Below, piece by piece: positions 31,012 to 41,639 of a stretch of 64,000 bases of DNA (positions are counted from its first letter, which is position 1; each line of letters begins with the position of its first letter). Origin of the DNA: an uncultured delta proteobacterium (GTDB lineage Bacteria > Myxococcota_A > Polyangia > Polyangiales > Polyangiaceae); assembly GCA_963827955.1 (NCBI GenBank), contig CAWHDJ010000018.1, positions 1,117,297 to 1,181,296 on the forward strand, in the 5' to 3' direction. The notes beneath the pieces were generated by a model. That model saw only the letters and a list, made by a program, of their open reading frames with translations, had not been told where the DNA came from and did no database searches. Made by a program: the position numbers and the translations under genes.

Positions 31012-33332
31012 ATGCGCCGAGAACACGCCCGCTGCACCTTCACGTTCGGCTTCATCCTCGCGCTGCTCGTCTTCTGCGCGTCTCCCGCGCGCGCCGAGAC
31101 GCTCCAGGCGCCGGTCGGCGGCAAGGCGATCCCGCTCGGCGATCGGGGCGTCGCCTGCGGGCCTGCGCCCGGGGGCTGGTCCATCGAGCCCGATGGCCAC
31201 TCGGTTCGCCCGCCCACCGCCGACGCCGCCGTCGGGCAGAGCTTCGAGCTGAAGGTCGCCCCCGACCTGGCCGCGTGCGCGGCGAGCAAGGGCACCGTCA
31301 CGCTGACGGCCACGGGGCCGTGGCCGGCAATCGACCCCGCGGGGGCGCTCCTCGCCGTCGACGAGGCACGGCTCGAATCCACGGTCGCAAGCTGCGCGGC
31401 GCGCGCATCACCGTCCGGTCCGCCGCGCGCACGGCGGAGGACGTCTGCCTCGACCCCAAGCCCGACGCCGGCGCCGAGCGGTGCACCCTCGCGGTCGGGC
31501 GCGGGCTGCCCGCGGACCCGACCGCGCTCACGGTGTCGTGGGCGCCGCCGGGCGGGCGCGGCGGCGCCAACGTCGTCACGTTCGGCGCCGACGGGCACCG
31601 GGCCTCCGCCGCCGACCTGGCGGTGCCCCTCGCGAAGATCACGGTCTCTGCGGTCGTGCAGAGCGGGGCCTCCGTCGACTTCGCGGCGGGCGCGCGCCGC
31701 GTCGCGCTGGTGCACCCCGAGGCGGTCGCGTCGGTTTCGTGCAGCCCGGCGGAGTGCAGCGCCGAGGGCGGCGGCGTGGTGGTGCGCGGGCTCGCGAGCG
31801 CCGCGGCCTCGCTCGCCCTGAAGGTCAAGCTCCTGCCCCGCGTCCTCCTCGCCCGCGGCGACAACCTCGACCCTGCGCCCGCGTGGAACATCCCCGTGCT
31901 CGCGTGCCCGCTCTCCGTGCCCTCCGGCCCGCCCCTGCGCGGGGTCGACGACGCGTACATCGTCGTGCGCCTCGGCGGGAGCTGCGCGCGCGACGCGGGC
32001 AAGCTCCGCTTCCGCGTGCGCGGGAGCGCGGCCGAGCCGACCCACGTCACGATCGACGGAGACGACGCGTACGTGGTGCTCCGCGTGGGCCGGATCGGCG
32101 GGGGCGAGGTGAGCATCGAGGCGCTCCGGCCGGAGCCGGACGCCTCGGTCGTCGGCGCGACGCGCCTCGCGACCCGGCCGGCGCCGACGCCGCGCGTCGC
32201 GCTCGAGATCGAGGGCCACGGGGCCGTCGACTTCATCCCCACGAACCGGGACGCCGTGCTCCACCTGTCCGGCGCCGCCGACGGGCTCGCAATCGTGCCC
32301 CTGCCCGTCGAAGGGGTGTACACCGTCGCGAGCGCCGGAGGGCTGACGCGCGTCCGCGCGCTGCCTGCGGCGGCCGGCTTCGTGGCCATGCGCTTCGCGT
32401 ACCGCGCCGACGGCCTCCCCGCCGCGCTCGGCGCCACCAATCTCGGCTCCGCCGTGGAGCCGGTGCAGCGCGCGATCCACGCGGTGAACCTGAAGGCGCC
32501 GCTCGAGCCCACGTCCGACGCGAAGGCCAAGCCGCTCGTGGAGATGCTCTGCGAGACCTCGCCCGGCCACGTCCTCTCCGTGCGCTCCGGCGTGGCGGCG
32601 CACGTCCCCTACGGCGCGCGCGACGGCTGCCGGGTCGTCTTCCACCGCGATCGCCTGGCGCCCGAGTACGGCGCGCAGCGGCTCATGCTCGACGTCGACG
32701 TGACGCGCGTGGACGGCACGTCCCGCCCCGAGGGGCGCGTGACGCAGCCCGTCGTCCTGCGCAACGGCGCCGAGGATCGCGTGGCGTGGATCAAGGGCGT
32801 CGCCGCGCCGTTCGATCACGTGAGCGTGCGGCTCTCGCACGTCGTCGACGAGTCCCACTACACCGACGTCGAGGAGAACCTGGCCGCGCCGGCCGAGCAG
32901 TGGTCCGTGATCATGGGCACGAGCCGGGCGCGGCTCTACGCCACCACGGCCATCCCGACCGGGATGTACCGCGTGAGCGACCGCGACCACAGCGGGATCC
33001 TGACGCTCAACTTCGGCGTCCTCGGCAGGCTCACGTGGCTCGACAGCGAGGGCGAGGCGGGCATCGTGGGGCTGGAGACCGGGGTGATGGGCGTCGGGCT
33101 CGCCAACGACACCAGCGCCACCGGCAAGTCGCTCACGCAGGTGGCGACGGTGCTCGGCGCCGGGCTCGGCGTGCCCATCGCGAACCGCGCGGCCGCGACG
33201 GAGACGTCAATCAACCTTCACGCCTGGTTCGAGCTGGAGCCGGCGCGCTTCTTCGGCGGCGGCAGCGGCAGCCCGGCCGGCTTCGTGTTCGGCCCCAGCA
33301 TCACCATCGGCAACCTCGGGACGAACCTCTGA
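31012..33332 (+). CDS. large secreted hypothetical protein (signal peptide; about 770 aa); apparent frameshift near 31380
   Basis: N-terminus MRREHARCTFTFGFILALLVFCASPARAETLQAP. After about 31380 the body continues in the frame of ORF 28845..33332 (...TVSWAPPGGRGGANVVTFGADGH... to ...ITIGNLGTNL). No known domain recognised. Confidence 0.5.
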
Positions 33333-33348
33333 TCGGCCGGCGCGGCCC

Positions 33349-33612
33349 TCAGCGCGCGCCCAGGCTCCGCGCCAGGAACGCGACGGCCGCGTTCAGGGAC
33401 TCCGCGTCGATGCTGTGGCCCATCGCCGGGCGGTCGAGGCGCTCGACCTTCGCCCCGCGCGCGGCGAGGGCGCGCTGGGCGACGTCGGACTCCGCGAACG
33501 GGATCACGGCGTCGCGCTCGCCGTGCACGAGCAGGACGGGCGTCGTGACGGGATCGTCGGGCGCGTCGTCGTCGAAGCGGCCCGAGAACGAGACCGCGGC
33601 AATCGGCCAGGC
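33349..33612 (-). pseudogene. duplicated 3'-terminal fragment of the alpha/beta hydrolase gene (copy of 34482-34743)
   Basis: About 262 bp near-identical to the 3' end of the hydrolase gene. It encodes PIAAVSFSGRFDDDAPDDPVTTPVLLVHGERDAVIPFAESDVAQRALAARGAKVERLDRPAMGHSIDAESLNAAVAFLARSL without the rest of the protein. Confidence 0.7.
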
Positions 33613-33760
33613 CAGGCGCCGCGGTCTTGCTTCATGCCTCCGAGAAAGGGGACGACGGAAGCATGAATGCACGGCTACCGCGCCGGCCACTTGCCGTGCT
33701 CGCCTCGCGTGCGCATGTCCCTACGTCAACCCGCAAACTGAAGGAAATCGAGCGCCAGCT

Positions 33761-34342
33761 TCAGCGCGTTCTCCTGGCCATGCCTCTTGGCGAGATCGCG
33801 GGCCTCGGCAGCGAGTGTTCGGCGATGAGGGCACCCCGCTCTTTGATGACCGCACTCGTCTCCTGGATGGCGTCACGCACCTCCTCGATAGCGGCAGCAA
33901 CCTCCTCGATGGCGCTACGCACCTCGTCGATGAGGACACGCATCACCGAGGAGATCGCGCTCACCTCCTCGATGGCGTCACGCACCTCCTCGACGAGGAC
34001 ACGCACCATCGAGGAGATCGCGCTCACCTCCTCGATGGCGTCACGCACTTCGTCGACGAGGACACGCACCACCGAGGAGATCGCGCTCACCTCCTCGATG
34101 GCGTCACGCACCTCCTCGACGAGGACACGCACCACCGAGGAAATCGCGCTCACCTCCTCGATGGCGTCACGCACCTCGTCGATGATGACACGCACCACCG
34201 AGGAGATCGCGCTCACCTCCTCGATGGCGTCACGCACTTCGTCGACGAGGACACGCACCACCGAGGAGATCGCGCTCACCTCCTCAACGGCGTCACGCAC
34301 CTCCTCGACGACGACACGCATCACCGAGGAGATCGCGCTCAC
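33761..34342 (-). CDS. tandem-repeat protein: about 7 copies of a 22-residue amphipathic unit (VSAISSVVRVLVDEVRDAIEEV)
   Basis: 66-bp tandem repeats across 33880-34340. GTG start at 34342, with GGAGAG about 35 nt upstream. The 22-mer periodicity with alternating hydrophobic and acidic faces suggests amphipathic helices (apolipoprotein/phasin-like). The gene sits between the two copies of the duplicated hydrolase 3' end. Confidence 0.45.
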   Translation of the reverse strand: MSAISSVMRVVVEEVRDAVEEVSAISSVVRVLVDEVRDAIEEVSAISSVVRVIIDEVRDAIEEVSAISSVVRVLVEEVRDAIEEVSAISSVVRVLVDEVRDAIEEVSAISSMVRVLVEEVRDAIEEVSAISSVMRVLIDEVRSAIEEVAAAIEEVRDAIQETSAVIKERGALIAEHSLPRPAISPRGMARRTR

Positions 34343-34481
34343 CTCGTCGATTGGGGCATCTTGCGTCGGCGCGGTACGCTCTCCTGCGAGGAGGCTTCCG
34401 AACGGAGTCTGATGCGCATCTGTTTGGAAGCGCTAGTGAATTTGTGCGTTCGCCGGCGAATGCCGGGAGAGAGGCGACGCG

Positions 34482-35276
34482 TCAGCGCGCCGCGAGGCTC
34501 CGCGCCAGGAACGCGACGGCCGCGTTCAGGGACTCCGCGTCGATGCTGTGGCCCATCGCCGGGCGGTCGAGGCGCTCGACCTTCGCCCCGCGCGCGGCGA
34601 GGGCGCGCTGGGCGACGTCGGACTCCGCGAACGGGATCACGGCGTCGCGCTCGCCGTGCACGAGCAGGACGGGCGTCGTGACGGGATCGTCGGGCGCGTC
34701 GTCGTCGAAGCGGCCCGAGAACGAGACCGCGGCGATCGGCTGCGGCTTTCGGTGCACCGCCATCCACTGCGAGAGGATGGCGCCCTGCGAGAAGCCCGCC
34801 CACGCGACGCGATCGCGCGGCAGGCCGCGGCGCGCGAGCTCGGCGTCGACGAAGCGCGAGACCCGGAGCGCGGCCTTCCGTACGGTCGCGGCGCGGTCCG
34901 TGTCGCCCTGCCGGCGGTAGGGCCACCACTCGCGGCCCGTCGGCGAGCCGGCGCGCGGGTCGCAGCCGTCGGGGACGAGGACGGCGAGGCGCGGGGAGGC
35001 GCGCGAGAGGGCGCGGGCGACGGGCTCGATGTCGGCCGCGTTCGCTCCGTAGCCGTGGAGCACCACGAGCGTGGCGTCGGCCGGGCCCTGCGCGGGCTCG
35101 ATGACCCGCACGTCCGCGGGTGTGCAGGGCGGGACGTCCTCCGGCTGCGCCGAGGCCGCCGCGGGCGGCGTGGGCGCGGGCGCGGGCGCCGGTTCTGCAC
35201 GGCAGCCGAGCGCGGCGAGGCACGCGAGCGCGCCGGCCACGATCGGGTGACCTCGTCGGGTTCTCGGGCTCATCGC
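34482..35276 (-). CDS. alpha/beta hydrolase, phospholipase/carboxylesterase (dienelactone hydrolase-like) family; lipoprotein
   Basis: Signal peptide with lipobox (LAALGC). GFSQGA nucleophile elbow. C-terminal VLLVHGERDAVIPF...MGHSI catalytic Asp/His region. Intact. Confidence 0.7.
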   Translation of the reverse strand, partial: AMSPRTRRGHPIVAGALACLAALGCRAEPAPAPAPTPPAAASAQPEDVPPCTPADVRVIEPAQGPADATLVVLHGYGANAADIEPVARALSRASPRLAVLVPDGCDPRAGSPTGREWWPYRRQGDTDRAATVRKAALRVSRFVDAELARRGLPRDRVAWAGFSQGAILSQWMAVHRKPQPIAAVSFSGRFDDDAPDDPVTTPVLLVHGERDAVIPFAESDVAQRALAARGAKVERLDRPAMGHSIDAESLNAAVAFLARSLAAR

Positions 35277-35354
35277 GCGGAGGATAGATCCGATGCCGGT
35301 AGAGGTCGCGGACGCTCGAATCCATGGAATGCGCCTTGCCGCCTGGTGCGTGCG

Positions 35355-36416
35355 ATGCAGCTCACCCCGTACGCGAGCGACCTCGGCACGCTCGCCGCCC
35401 GCCTCCTCCCCGCGCGGTGGAAGGAGGCGGTGCGCGAGCGCGACCATTCACGGCTGCTCGACTGGGTGCCGCGCGCCGTGCGGCGCGACGGGGTGGTGAT
35501 CCTCCAGCACGTCCGCGAGGGGCGTTTCCAGCGGAGCCTCGCGCTCGTCACGGCCGGATCGGCGCTGCTCGCCGGCCTCGAGGTGGCGTACGAGCACTAC
35601 CGGGGCAGCTACGGGCAGCGCAAGATGTACACCCCCGTCGTCGCGGCGCCGGCGCTCGTGGCCGCCTCGCTCTGGTGTGTGGCCTCCCCCGCGCGGTGCG
35701 CTGGGCGCTCCCCGCCATCTCGGTCCTCACGATCGCCGATGGTGTGCTGGGCTTCACCTACCACGTGCGCGGCATCGCGCGGAAGCCGGGGGGCTGGAGG
35801 ATCCCGGTCTTCAACGTCGTCATGGGCCCGCCGCTCTTCGCGCCCCTCCTCTTCGCGGTGCCCGGCTACCTCGGCCTCGTCGCCTCCCTGCTCCGCCGCG
35901 AGGACGACCCGGCCGGCCGCTTCCTGCCCGCGTTCGCGCGCCGGCCGCGCTGGGCGCTCTGGCTGTCGGCCCTGCCACGAACGATCTCCCGCGAGGGGCT
36001 CTCGCTCTGGGGCGAGGTCCGGGAGGGGAAATTCCAGAGGCACATGGCGGCCTCGGCGGCAGCGGCGGCGCTCTTCAGCGGGCTCGAGGCGGGCTACTCG
36101 CACTACAAGAACCGCTTCAAGTACCGCGTGGAGTGGACGCCGATCGCCAGCGCCGCGCTGCTCACGGCGGCCGGGGTGGGCGCGATTCTGGAGCCGGCGG
36201 GCGGCGCACCGGGCGCTGCCGGCGACGTCGGCGCTCGCCATCGCCAACGGCGTGCTCGGCTTCTTCTACCACGGGCGCGGCATCGTCCGCCGGCCGGGCG
36301 GCCTCTCGCTGCCGCTCCACAACGTCATGTACGGGCCGCCGATCTTCGCCCCGCTGCTGCTCGGCGCGGCCGGGTTCATGGGGCTCTGCGCGAGCGTGCT
36401 CAGGAGGGAGCGCTGA
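35355..36416 (+). CDS. membrane protein with an internal duplication (two copies of a 4-TM unit, each ending in a GVLGFxYHxRGIxRxPGG...NVxxGPPxFAPLL motif); about three apparent frameshifts
   Basis: Fragments lie in ORFs 34548.., 35324.., 35677.. and the 36416-terminating frame (...LAIANGVLGFFYHGRGIVRRPGGLSLPLHNVMYGPPIFAPLLLGAAGFMGLCASVLRRER). It lies immediately upstream of the dehydrogenase subunit genes and its stop overlaps the next start. Confidence 0.45.
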   Translation: MQLTPYASDLGTLAARLLPARWKEAVRERDHSRLLDWVPRAVRRDGVVILQHVREGRFQRSLALVTAGSALLAGLEVAYEHYRGSYGQRKMYTPVVAAPALVAASLWCVASPARCAGRSPPSRSSRSPMVCWASPTTCAASRGSRGAGGSRSSTSSWARRSSRPSSSRCPATSASSPPCSAARTTRPAASCPRSRAGRAGRSGCRPCHERSPARGSRSGARSGRGNSRGTWRPRRQRRRSSAGSRRATRTTRTASSTAWSGRRSPAPRCSRRPGWARFWSRRAAHRALPATSALAIANGVLGFFYHGRGIVRRPGGLSLPLHNVMYGPPIFAPLLLGAAGFMGLCASVLRRER

Positions 36417-37186
36417 TGGGACCAGACGTCGATCGTGCAGGGTGGGTGCGCGACCCGAGGACGGGCGAGCCGATCCCCCCGCGCGCGCAGCCCGGCTACT
36501 ACCCCGGGTACAGCACGCTCTCGCAGCAGGCCTTCTGGGACGAAGCGACGCGCAAGGTCGTCCTCGATCGCGTGCACGACGTCCCACCCCTCCGCTTTTT
36601 CTTGCCTGACGAAGCCCGCACCCTCTCGGCGGTGTGCGCGCGCCTGCTGCCGCAGGACGACCGCGACGAGGCCCACCGCATCCCCATCGTCCCGCGCATC
36701 GACGAGCGCCTGCACGAGGGGCGAGGCGACGGCTACCGCTACGAGAGCATGCCGCCCGATCCCGAGGCGTACCGGCTGGGGATCGCTGGCATCGAGGCGA
36801 TCGCCCGGCACCTCCACGGCCGGCCCTTCGACGAGATCGGCACGCTGGAGCAGGACCGCGTGCTGGAGGTGCTCCACAATGGCAAGCCGCCCGCGCCGCA
36901 CCCCGCGTGGGATCGGATGCCACCGCACCGCTTCTTCATGCTGATGATGCAGGACGTGGTCGCGGTCTATTACGCGCACCCCTACGCGTGGGACGAGATC
37001 GGCTTCGGCGGGCCGGCATATCCCCGCGGGTACATGCGCCTCACGGGCGGCGACCCGGAGCCGTGGGAGGTCGACGAGCGCCGCTACGACTGGGAGCCCT
37101 CGGAGACCTCGCTGCCCATCGCGTACGAGGGCCTGGCCGGGATCTTCGTCCACCACGCGCCGCCCGGGCAGGGAGGGACGCACTGA
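36416..37186 (+). CDS. gluconate 2-dehydrogenase subunit 3 family protein (small subunit of a GMC-type dehydrogenase)
   Basis: 256 aa. The motif FFLPDEARTLSAVCARLLPQDDRDEAHRIPIVPRIDERL matches this family. Start and stop overlap the neighbours (TGATG). Confidence 0.65.
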   Translation: MGPDVDRAGWVRDPRTGEPIPPRAQPGYYPGYSTLSQQAFWDEATRKVVLDRVHDVPPLRFFLPDEARTLSAVCARLLPQDDRDEAHRIPIVPRIDERLHEGRGDGYRYESMPPDPEAYRLGIAGIEAIARHLHGRPFDEIGTLEQDRVLEVLHNGKPPAPHPAWDRMPPHRFFMLMMQDVVAVYYAHPYAWDEIGFGGPAYPRGYMRLTGGDPEPWEVDERRYDWEPSETSLPIAYEGLAGIFVHHAPPGQGGTH

Positions 37187-38924
37187 TGCCGCTCGAGCGA
37201 CCGATCCTCGGTGCCTTCGGCCACCCGCGCGAGGGCGATCACATGCTCGGGCCCATCCAGCGCCTCGACGCGCCCATGCGCCGCTTCGCGCCGGGCGAGG
37301 AGGTCGACGTGGTCATCGTCGGCGTGGGCGCCGCGGGCGGCGTGCTGCTGCAGCGGCTCGCGCGGGCGGGGGCGCGCGTGATCGGCTTCGAGGCCGGGCC
37401 CTTCTGGGACACCGAGCGCGACTGGGTGAGCGACGAGTCCGGGTCGCACGAGCTCTACTGGACGGAGCCGCGCGTGACGGGGGGATCGCACCCGCTCGCG
37501 CTCGGCTCCAACAACAGCGGCCGCGGCGTCGGCGGGGGGACGGTGCACTGGGCCGCGTTCACGCCGCGCCTGCACCCCTCGGATTTTCGCGTGTACACGG
37601 AGGACGGCACAGGCGTCGACTGGCCGATGTCGTACGAGGATCTCAAGCCGTACTACGAGCTGATGGAGCGGGAGCTGCCGGTCTCCGGCCCGCCGTGGTT
37701 CCCCTGGGGGATCCGCACGGCTACCCGTACGCGCCTCACCCGATGGGGGGCGTCGGCGACGTGCTCATCCGCGGCTGCACCCGGCTCGGGATCCGCGTCA
37801 GCGCGGGCGGCCCCGTCGCCATCCTCGCCGGGTCGCACGGCGACCGGCCGCACTGTATCTACAGGGGCTTCTGCATCCAGGGGTGCAAGGTGGGCGCGAA
37901 GCAGAGCACGCTGGTGAGCCACGTGCCCGACGCCATCCGGAGCGGCGCGGAGATCCGGGACCTGTGCATGGTGGCCAGGATCAACCTGGGCGAGGACGGG
38001 CTCGTGACCGGGGTCACCTACTTCGATCGGGAGGGGCGGGAGCAGGAGCAGCGGGCGCGGGCGGTGATCGTGAGCGGCTACGCCATCGAGACCCCGCGCC
38101 TCCTGCTCAACTCGGCCTGCCCGGGCTTCGAGGACGGCCTCGCCAACGCGAGCGGCACGGTGGGTAAGTACCTGATGGCGCAGGCCGGGAACGTGGTCCT
38201 CGGGCGCTTCGAGGAGCCGATCCGCATGTACAAGGCGCCGCCTGCGCACGCGATGACCGAGGAGTTCTACGAGACCGACCCGCGGCGAGGCTTCGCGCGG
38301 GGGTTCGCCATCCAGACCGTGGGCCCGCTGCCCATCGCCTTCGCCAAGCAGATGATGGTGGCCAAGGGGGCGTGGGGGTGGGGGATGCGCAAGCTGATGA
38401 TGGACTACAACCACTGGGCGTCCATCGCGCTGCTCGGCGAGATCCTGCCCTGGGAGGACAACCGGGTGGAGCTCGCGGAAGAGCGGGACCGCCATGGGCT
38501 TCGCGTGGCCAAGGTCACCTTCGGGCTGCGAGAGAACGACCTCCGGATGATCTCCTACGGCCGGGACAAGGTGATGGAGGTGATGCGCGCCGCCGGCGCC
38601 GGGGACGTGGTGCAGGAGGAGCGCTACGCCCACCTCGTCGGCGCCGCCCGGATGGGCAGCGACCCGCGGACCAGCGTCGTCGACGCGTTCGGGCGCACGC
38701 ACGACATCCCGAACCTCTTCGTGTGCGACGGGAGCACCCTGCCCACACAGGGGTCGGCGAACCCCGGGCTGACGATCCAGGCGCTCGCCGCGCGCACGGC
38801 CGACCACTTGATCGATCAGGGCGCGGACGCCTTCACGCGGCGCGCCTCGCGGCGCCGGCCGAGGCTGCGGAGCGACCTCTCCCCGCCGGAGACATGGGGG
38901 AAGGGCGTGCCCCGGCTCGGGTGA
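37186..38924 (+). CDS. GMC family oxidoreductase, flavoprotein subunit; one apparent frameshift near 37700 (G-run)
   Basis: N-terminal VDVVIVGVGAAGGVLLQRLARAGARV (FAD-binding Rossmann fold). The C-terminal ...HLVGAARMGSDPRTSVVDAFGRTHDIPNLFVCDGSTLPT motif of GMC enzymes is in ORF 37695..38924. Confidence 0.8.
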
Positions 38925-39081
38925 TACGGGTCAAAGGTGCCGGCGCCGGCAAGGCGGCTGGCCCGACCCTTTGGCCAGAGCCTTACGTTGCGCGGTCGCC
39001 TACCTTCATTCATTGCAGGCGAGCCGGTGTCTTGGGCTTCCCCCGCGGCGCCTCCAGGCGGTAGAACTACGCCCTCGCGTC

Positions 39082-40944
39082 ATGCCTGGCCCCCGCTACA
39101 TCCTCGGGATCTCCGCGTTTTACCACGACAGCGCGGCCGCCCTCCTCCGCGACGGCGAGATCGTCGCCGCCGCGCAGGAGGAGCGCTTCACCCGCGTCCG
39201 CCACGACGCCGAGTTCCCGAAGCAGGCCATCGACTTCTGCCTCGCCGAGGCCGGGATCCGCGCGGAGGACCTGGCCTACGTCTGCTTCTACGACAAACCG
39301 CTGAAGAAGTTCGACCGCATCCTCGAGACGTACTTCGCCTACGCGCCGAGCGGCTTCTCGTCCTTCAAGCGCGCCATCCCGCTCTGGCTGCGGGAGAAGC
39401 TGCACACGCCCCGCCAGATCCGCAAAGGCATGGGCGGCGCGTACAAGGGCAAGCTCGTCTTCACCGATCACCACGAGTCCCACGCGGCGAGCGCGTTCTT
39501 CCCGTCGCCCTACGAGGAGGCCGTCATCCTCACGTCCGACGGGGTAGGGGAGTGGGCGACCACGACCTGGGGCGTCGGCGAGGGCAACCGCATCCGGCTC
39601 GAGAAGTCCATCAGCTTCCCCCACTCGCTCGGGCTGCTCTACTCGGCCTTCACGTACTTCACCGGCTTCAAGGTCAACTCCGGCGAGTACAAGCTCATGG
39701 GCCTCGCGCCCTACGGCGAGCCCGTCTACGCCGGCATCATCAAGGAGAAGCTGATCGACGTGAAGCCCGACGGCTCCTACCGGCTCAACATGGAGTACTT
39801 CACGTACCCCTCCGGGCTCCGGATGACGGGGAACAAGTTCGCCGACCTCTTCGGCGGCCCGGCGCGCTCGCCGGAGAGCCAGATCAGCAAGCGCGAGATG
39901 GACCTCGCCGCCTCGATCCAGGCCGTGACGGAGGAGGTGATGCTGCTCACGGCCCGTCACCTCCACGAGATCACGGAGAAGAAGCACCTCTGCCTCGCGG
40001 GCGGCGTGGCCCTCAACTGCGTCGCCAACGGGCGGCTCCAGCGCGAGGGGCCCTTCGACGACGTGTGGATCCAGCCCGCCGCGGGCGACGCGGGCGGCGC
40101 GCTGGGCTGCGCGCTCTTCGCGTGGTACCAGCTCCTCGAGAACCCCCGCAAGGCGACGGGGAAGGACGCGCAGCGGGGCTCGCTGCTCGGGCCTCGCTAC
40201 GGGATGAAGGACATCGCGGGCGCGCTCGATCGGCGGGGGGCCAAGTACACGGTCTTCGAGGACGAGGCGCGGCTCCTCGAGCGCGTCGCCGGGCTCATGG
40301 CGCGGGGGCTGGTGGTCGGCTGGTTCCACGGGCGGATGGAGTTCGGGCCGCGCGCGCTCGGCGCGCGCAGCATCATCGGCGACGCCCGCAACGAGCGGAT
40401 GCAGGCCACGATGAACCTCAAGATCAAGTACCGCGAGTCGTTCCGCCCCTTCGCGCCCTGCGTGCTCCGCGAGCGCGCGCACGAGGTCTTCGACATCCGC
40501 GAGGAGGCGGAGAGCCCCTACATGCTCATCGTCGCCCCGGTGCTGGAGAAGTACCGGCGCGCGCTCACCGACGAGGAGGCGCGGGCGATGAAGGACCCGG
40601 ACCTGCGCAAGCGGGTGAACGTGTGCCGCTCGGAGTTCCCCGCCGTCACGCACGTCGACTACTCCGCCCGGATCCAGACGGTCGACGAGGAGCGCCACGG
40701 GCGCTACTACCGGCTGATGAAGGAGTTCGAGCGGCAGACGGGGTCGCCGGTGATCGTCAACACCAGCTTCAACGTCCGCGGCGAGCCGATCGTGAACACT
40801 CCGGACCAGGCGATCAACTGTTTCTTGCACACGGAGATGGACGTCCTGGTGCTCGAGGACGCGGTCCTGCTCAAGGAGGAGCAGCCCGCGTCGATCAAGC
40901 CGAAGGACTCCGAGCAGTACCTCGGCCAGTTCTCCCTCGACTAG
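39082..40944 (+). CDS. carbamoyltransferase (NodU/CmcH family O-carbamoyltransferase)
   Basis: Intact 620 aa. The N-terminus MPGPRYILGISAFYHDSAAALLRDGEIVAAAQEERFTR and the remainder match the Carbam_trans_N/C architecture. Confidence 0.85.
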   Translation: MPGPRYILGISAFYHDSAAALLRDGEIVAAAQEERFTRVRHDAEFPKQAIDFCLAEAGIRAEDLAYVCFYDKPLKKFDRILETYFAYAPSGFSSFKRAIPLWLREKLHTPRQIRKGMGGAYKGKLVFTDHHESHAASAFFPSPYEEAVILTSDGVGEWATTTWGVGEGNRIRLEKSISFPHSLGLLYSAFTYFTGFKVNSGEYKLMGLAPYGEPVYAGIIKEKLIDVKPDGSYRLNMEYFTYPSGLRMTGNKFADLFGGPARSPESQISKREMDLAASIQAVTEEVMLLTARHLHEITEKKHLCLAGGVALNCVANGRLQREGPFDDVWIQPAAGDAGGALGCALFAWYQLLENPRKATGKDAQRGSLLGPRYGMKDIAGALDRRGAKYTVFEDEARLLERVAGLMARGLVVGWFHGRMEFGPRALGARSIIGDARNERMQATMNLKIKYRESFRPFAPCVLRERAHEVFDIREEAESPYMLIVAPVLEKYRRALTDEEARAMKDPDLRKRVNVCRSEFPAVTHVDYSARIQTVDEERHGRYYRLMKEFERQTGSPVIVNTSFNVRGEPIVNTPDQAINCFLHTEMDVLVLEDAVLLKEEQPASIKPKDSEQYLGQFSLD

Positions 40945-40974
40945 TCGGGAGACCCCGACCCGCAGGCGCTTCGA

Positions 40975-41388
40975 ATGAGCATTTACAAGGAGCTGAACAG
41001 GAACCCGACCCGGCGGGACCTCGTGACCTTCGGGTTGATCGTCGCCGTGGGCCTGGGCGCGATCGGGGCGTACATGCAGCTCCACGGGCGGCCCGAGAAG
41101 GCGCTCGGGTTGTTCGCGGTGGGTGGGGTGGTCTTCCTGCTCTCGCTGATCCCGCCCGTGGGCCGGGTGCTCTACATCCTGTGGATGGGGCTCGGGCTCA
41201 CGCTCGGCTTTTTCACCGCGCCCATCGTGATGGGCGTGGTGTATGTGCTGGTCGTCGTGCCGGTGGGCGTCTGGTTCAAGCTCTCGGGGCGCGACGTGAT
41301 GCGGCGGCAGGTCGATCCGAAGGCAAAGTCGTACTGGGAGGACTACCCGGGGTCCGAGGACCCGGCGAGCTACCTCCGGCAGTTCTGA
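40975..41388 (+). CDS. SxtJ-like small membrane protein
   Basis: 137 aa with 3 predicted TM helices, immediately downstream of the carbamoyltransferase. The arrangement resembles the sxtI-sxtJ-sxtK trio. Confidence 0.45.
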   Translation: MSIYKELNRNPTRRDLVTFGLIVAVGLGAIGAYMQLHGRPEKALGLFAVGGVVFLLSLIPPVGRVLYILWMGLGLTLGFFTAPIVMGVVYVLVVVPVGVWFKLSGRDVMRRQVDPKAKSYWEDYPGSEDPASYLRQF

Positions 41389-41399
41389 TGGAGGCGAAG

Positions 41400-41609
41400 A
41401 TGGCAGACGGACCGAGCGCGAGCGGCGAAAAGAGCCAGTTCGAGAAGGTGTCGGCGAAGAACTCCTCGCTGGGGCGCGAGATCTGGAGCTTCCTCGGCCA
41501 GAACAAGAAGTGGTGGCTCCTGCCCATCGTGATCGTCTTCGCGGGCATCACCGCGCTGGTGCTCCTCTCGACGACGGCGGCCGCGCCGTTCATCTACACG
41601 CTGTTCTGA
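41400..41609 (+). CDS. SxtK-like / DUF5989-like small membrane protein
   Basis: 69 aa with a KKWWLLPIVIVFAGITALVLL motif. Confidence 0.45.
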   Translation: MADGPSASGEKSQFEKVSAKNSSLGREIWSFLGQNKKWWLLPIVIVFAGITALVLLSTTAAAPFIYTLF

Positions 41610-41639
41610 GCACGACGGGGCCTCGCCCCAGAGGATCTG

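Noticed and set aside
33349..34743. Diversity-generating retroelement (template and variable repeat pair)
   Set aside because: The two 262-bp copies differ at only a few non-adenine-specific positions. No reverse transcriptase gene is present in the window.
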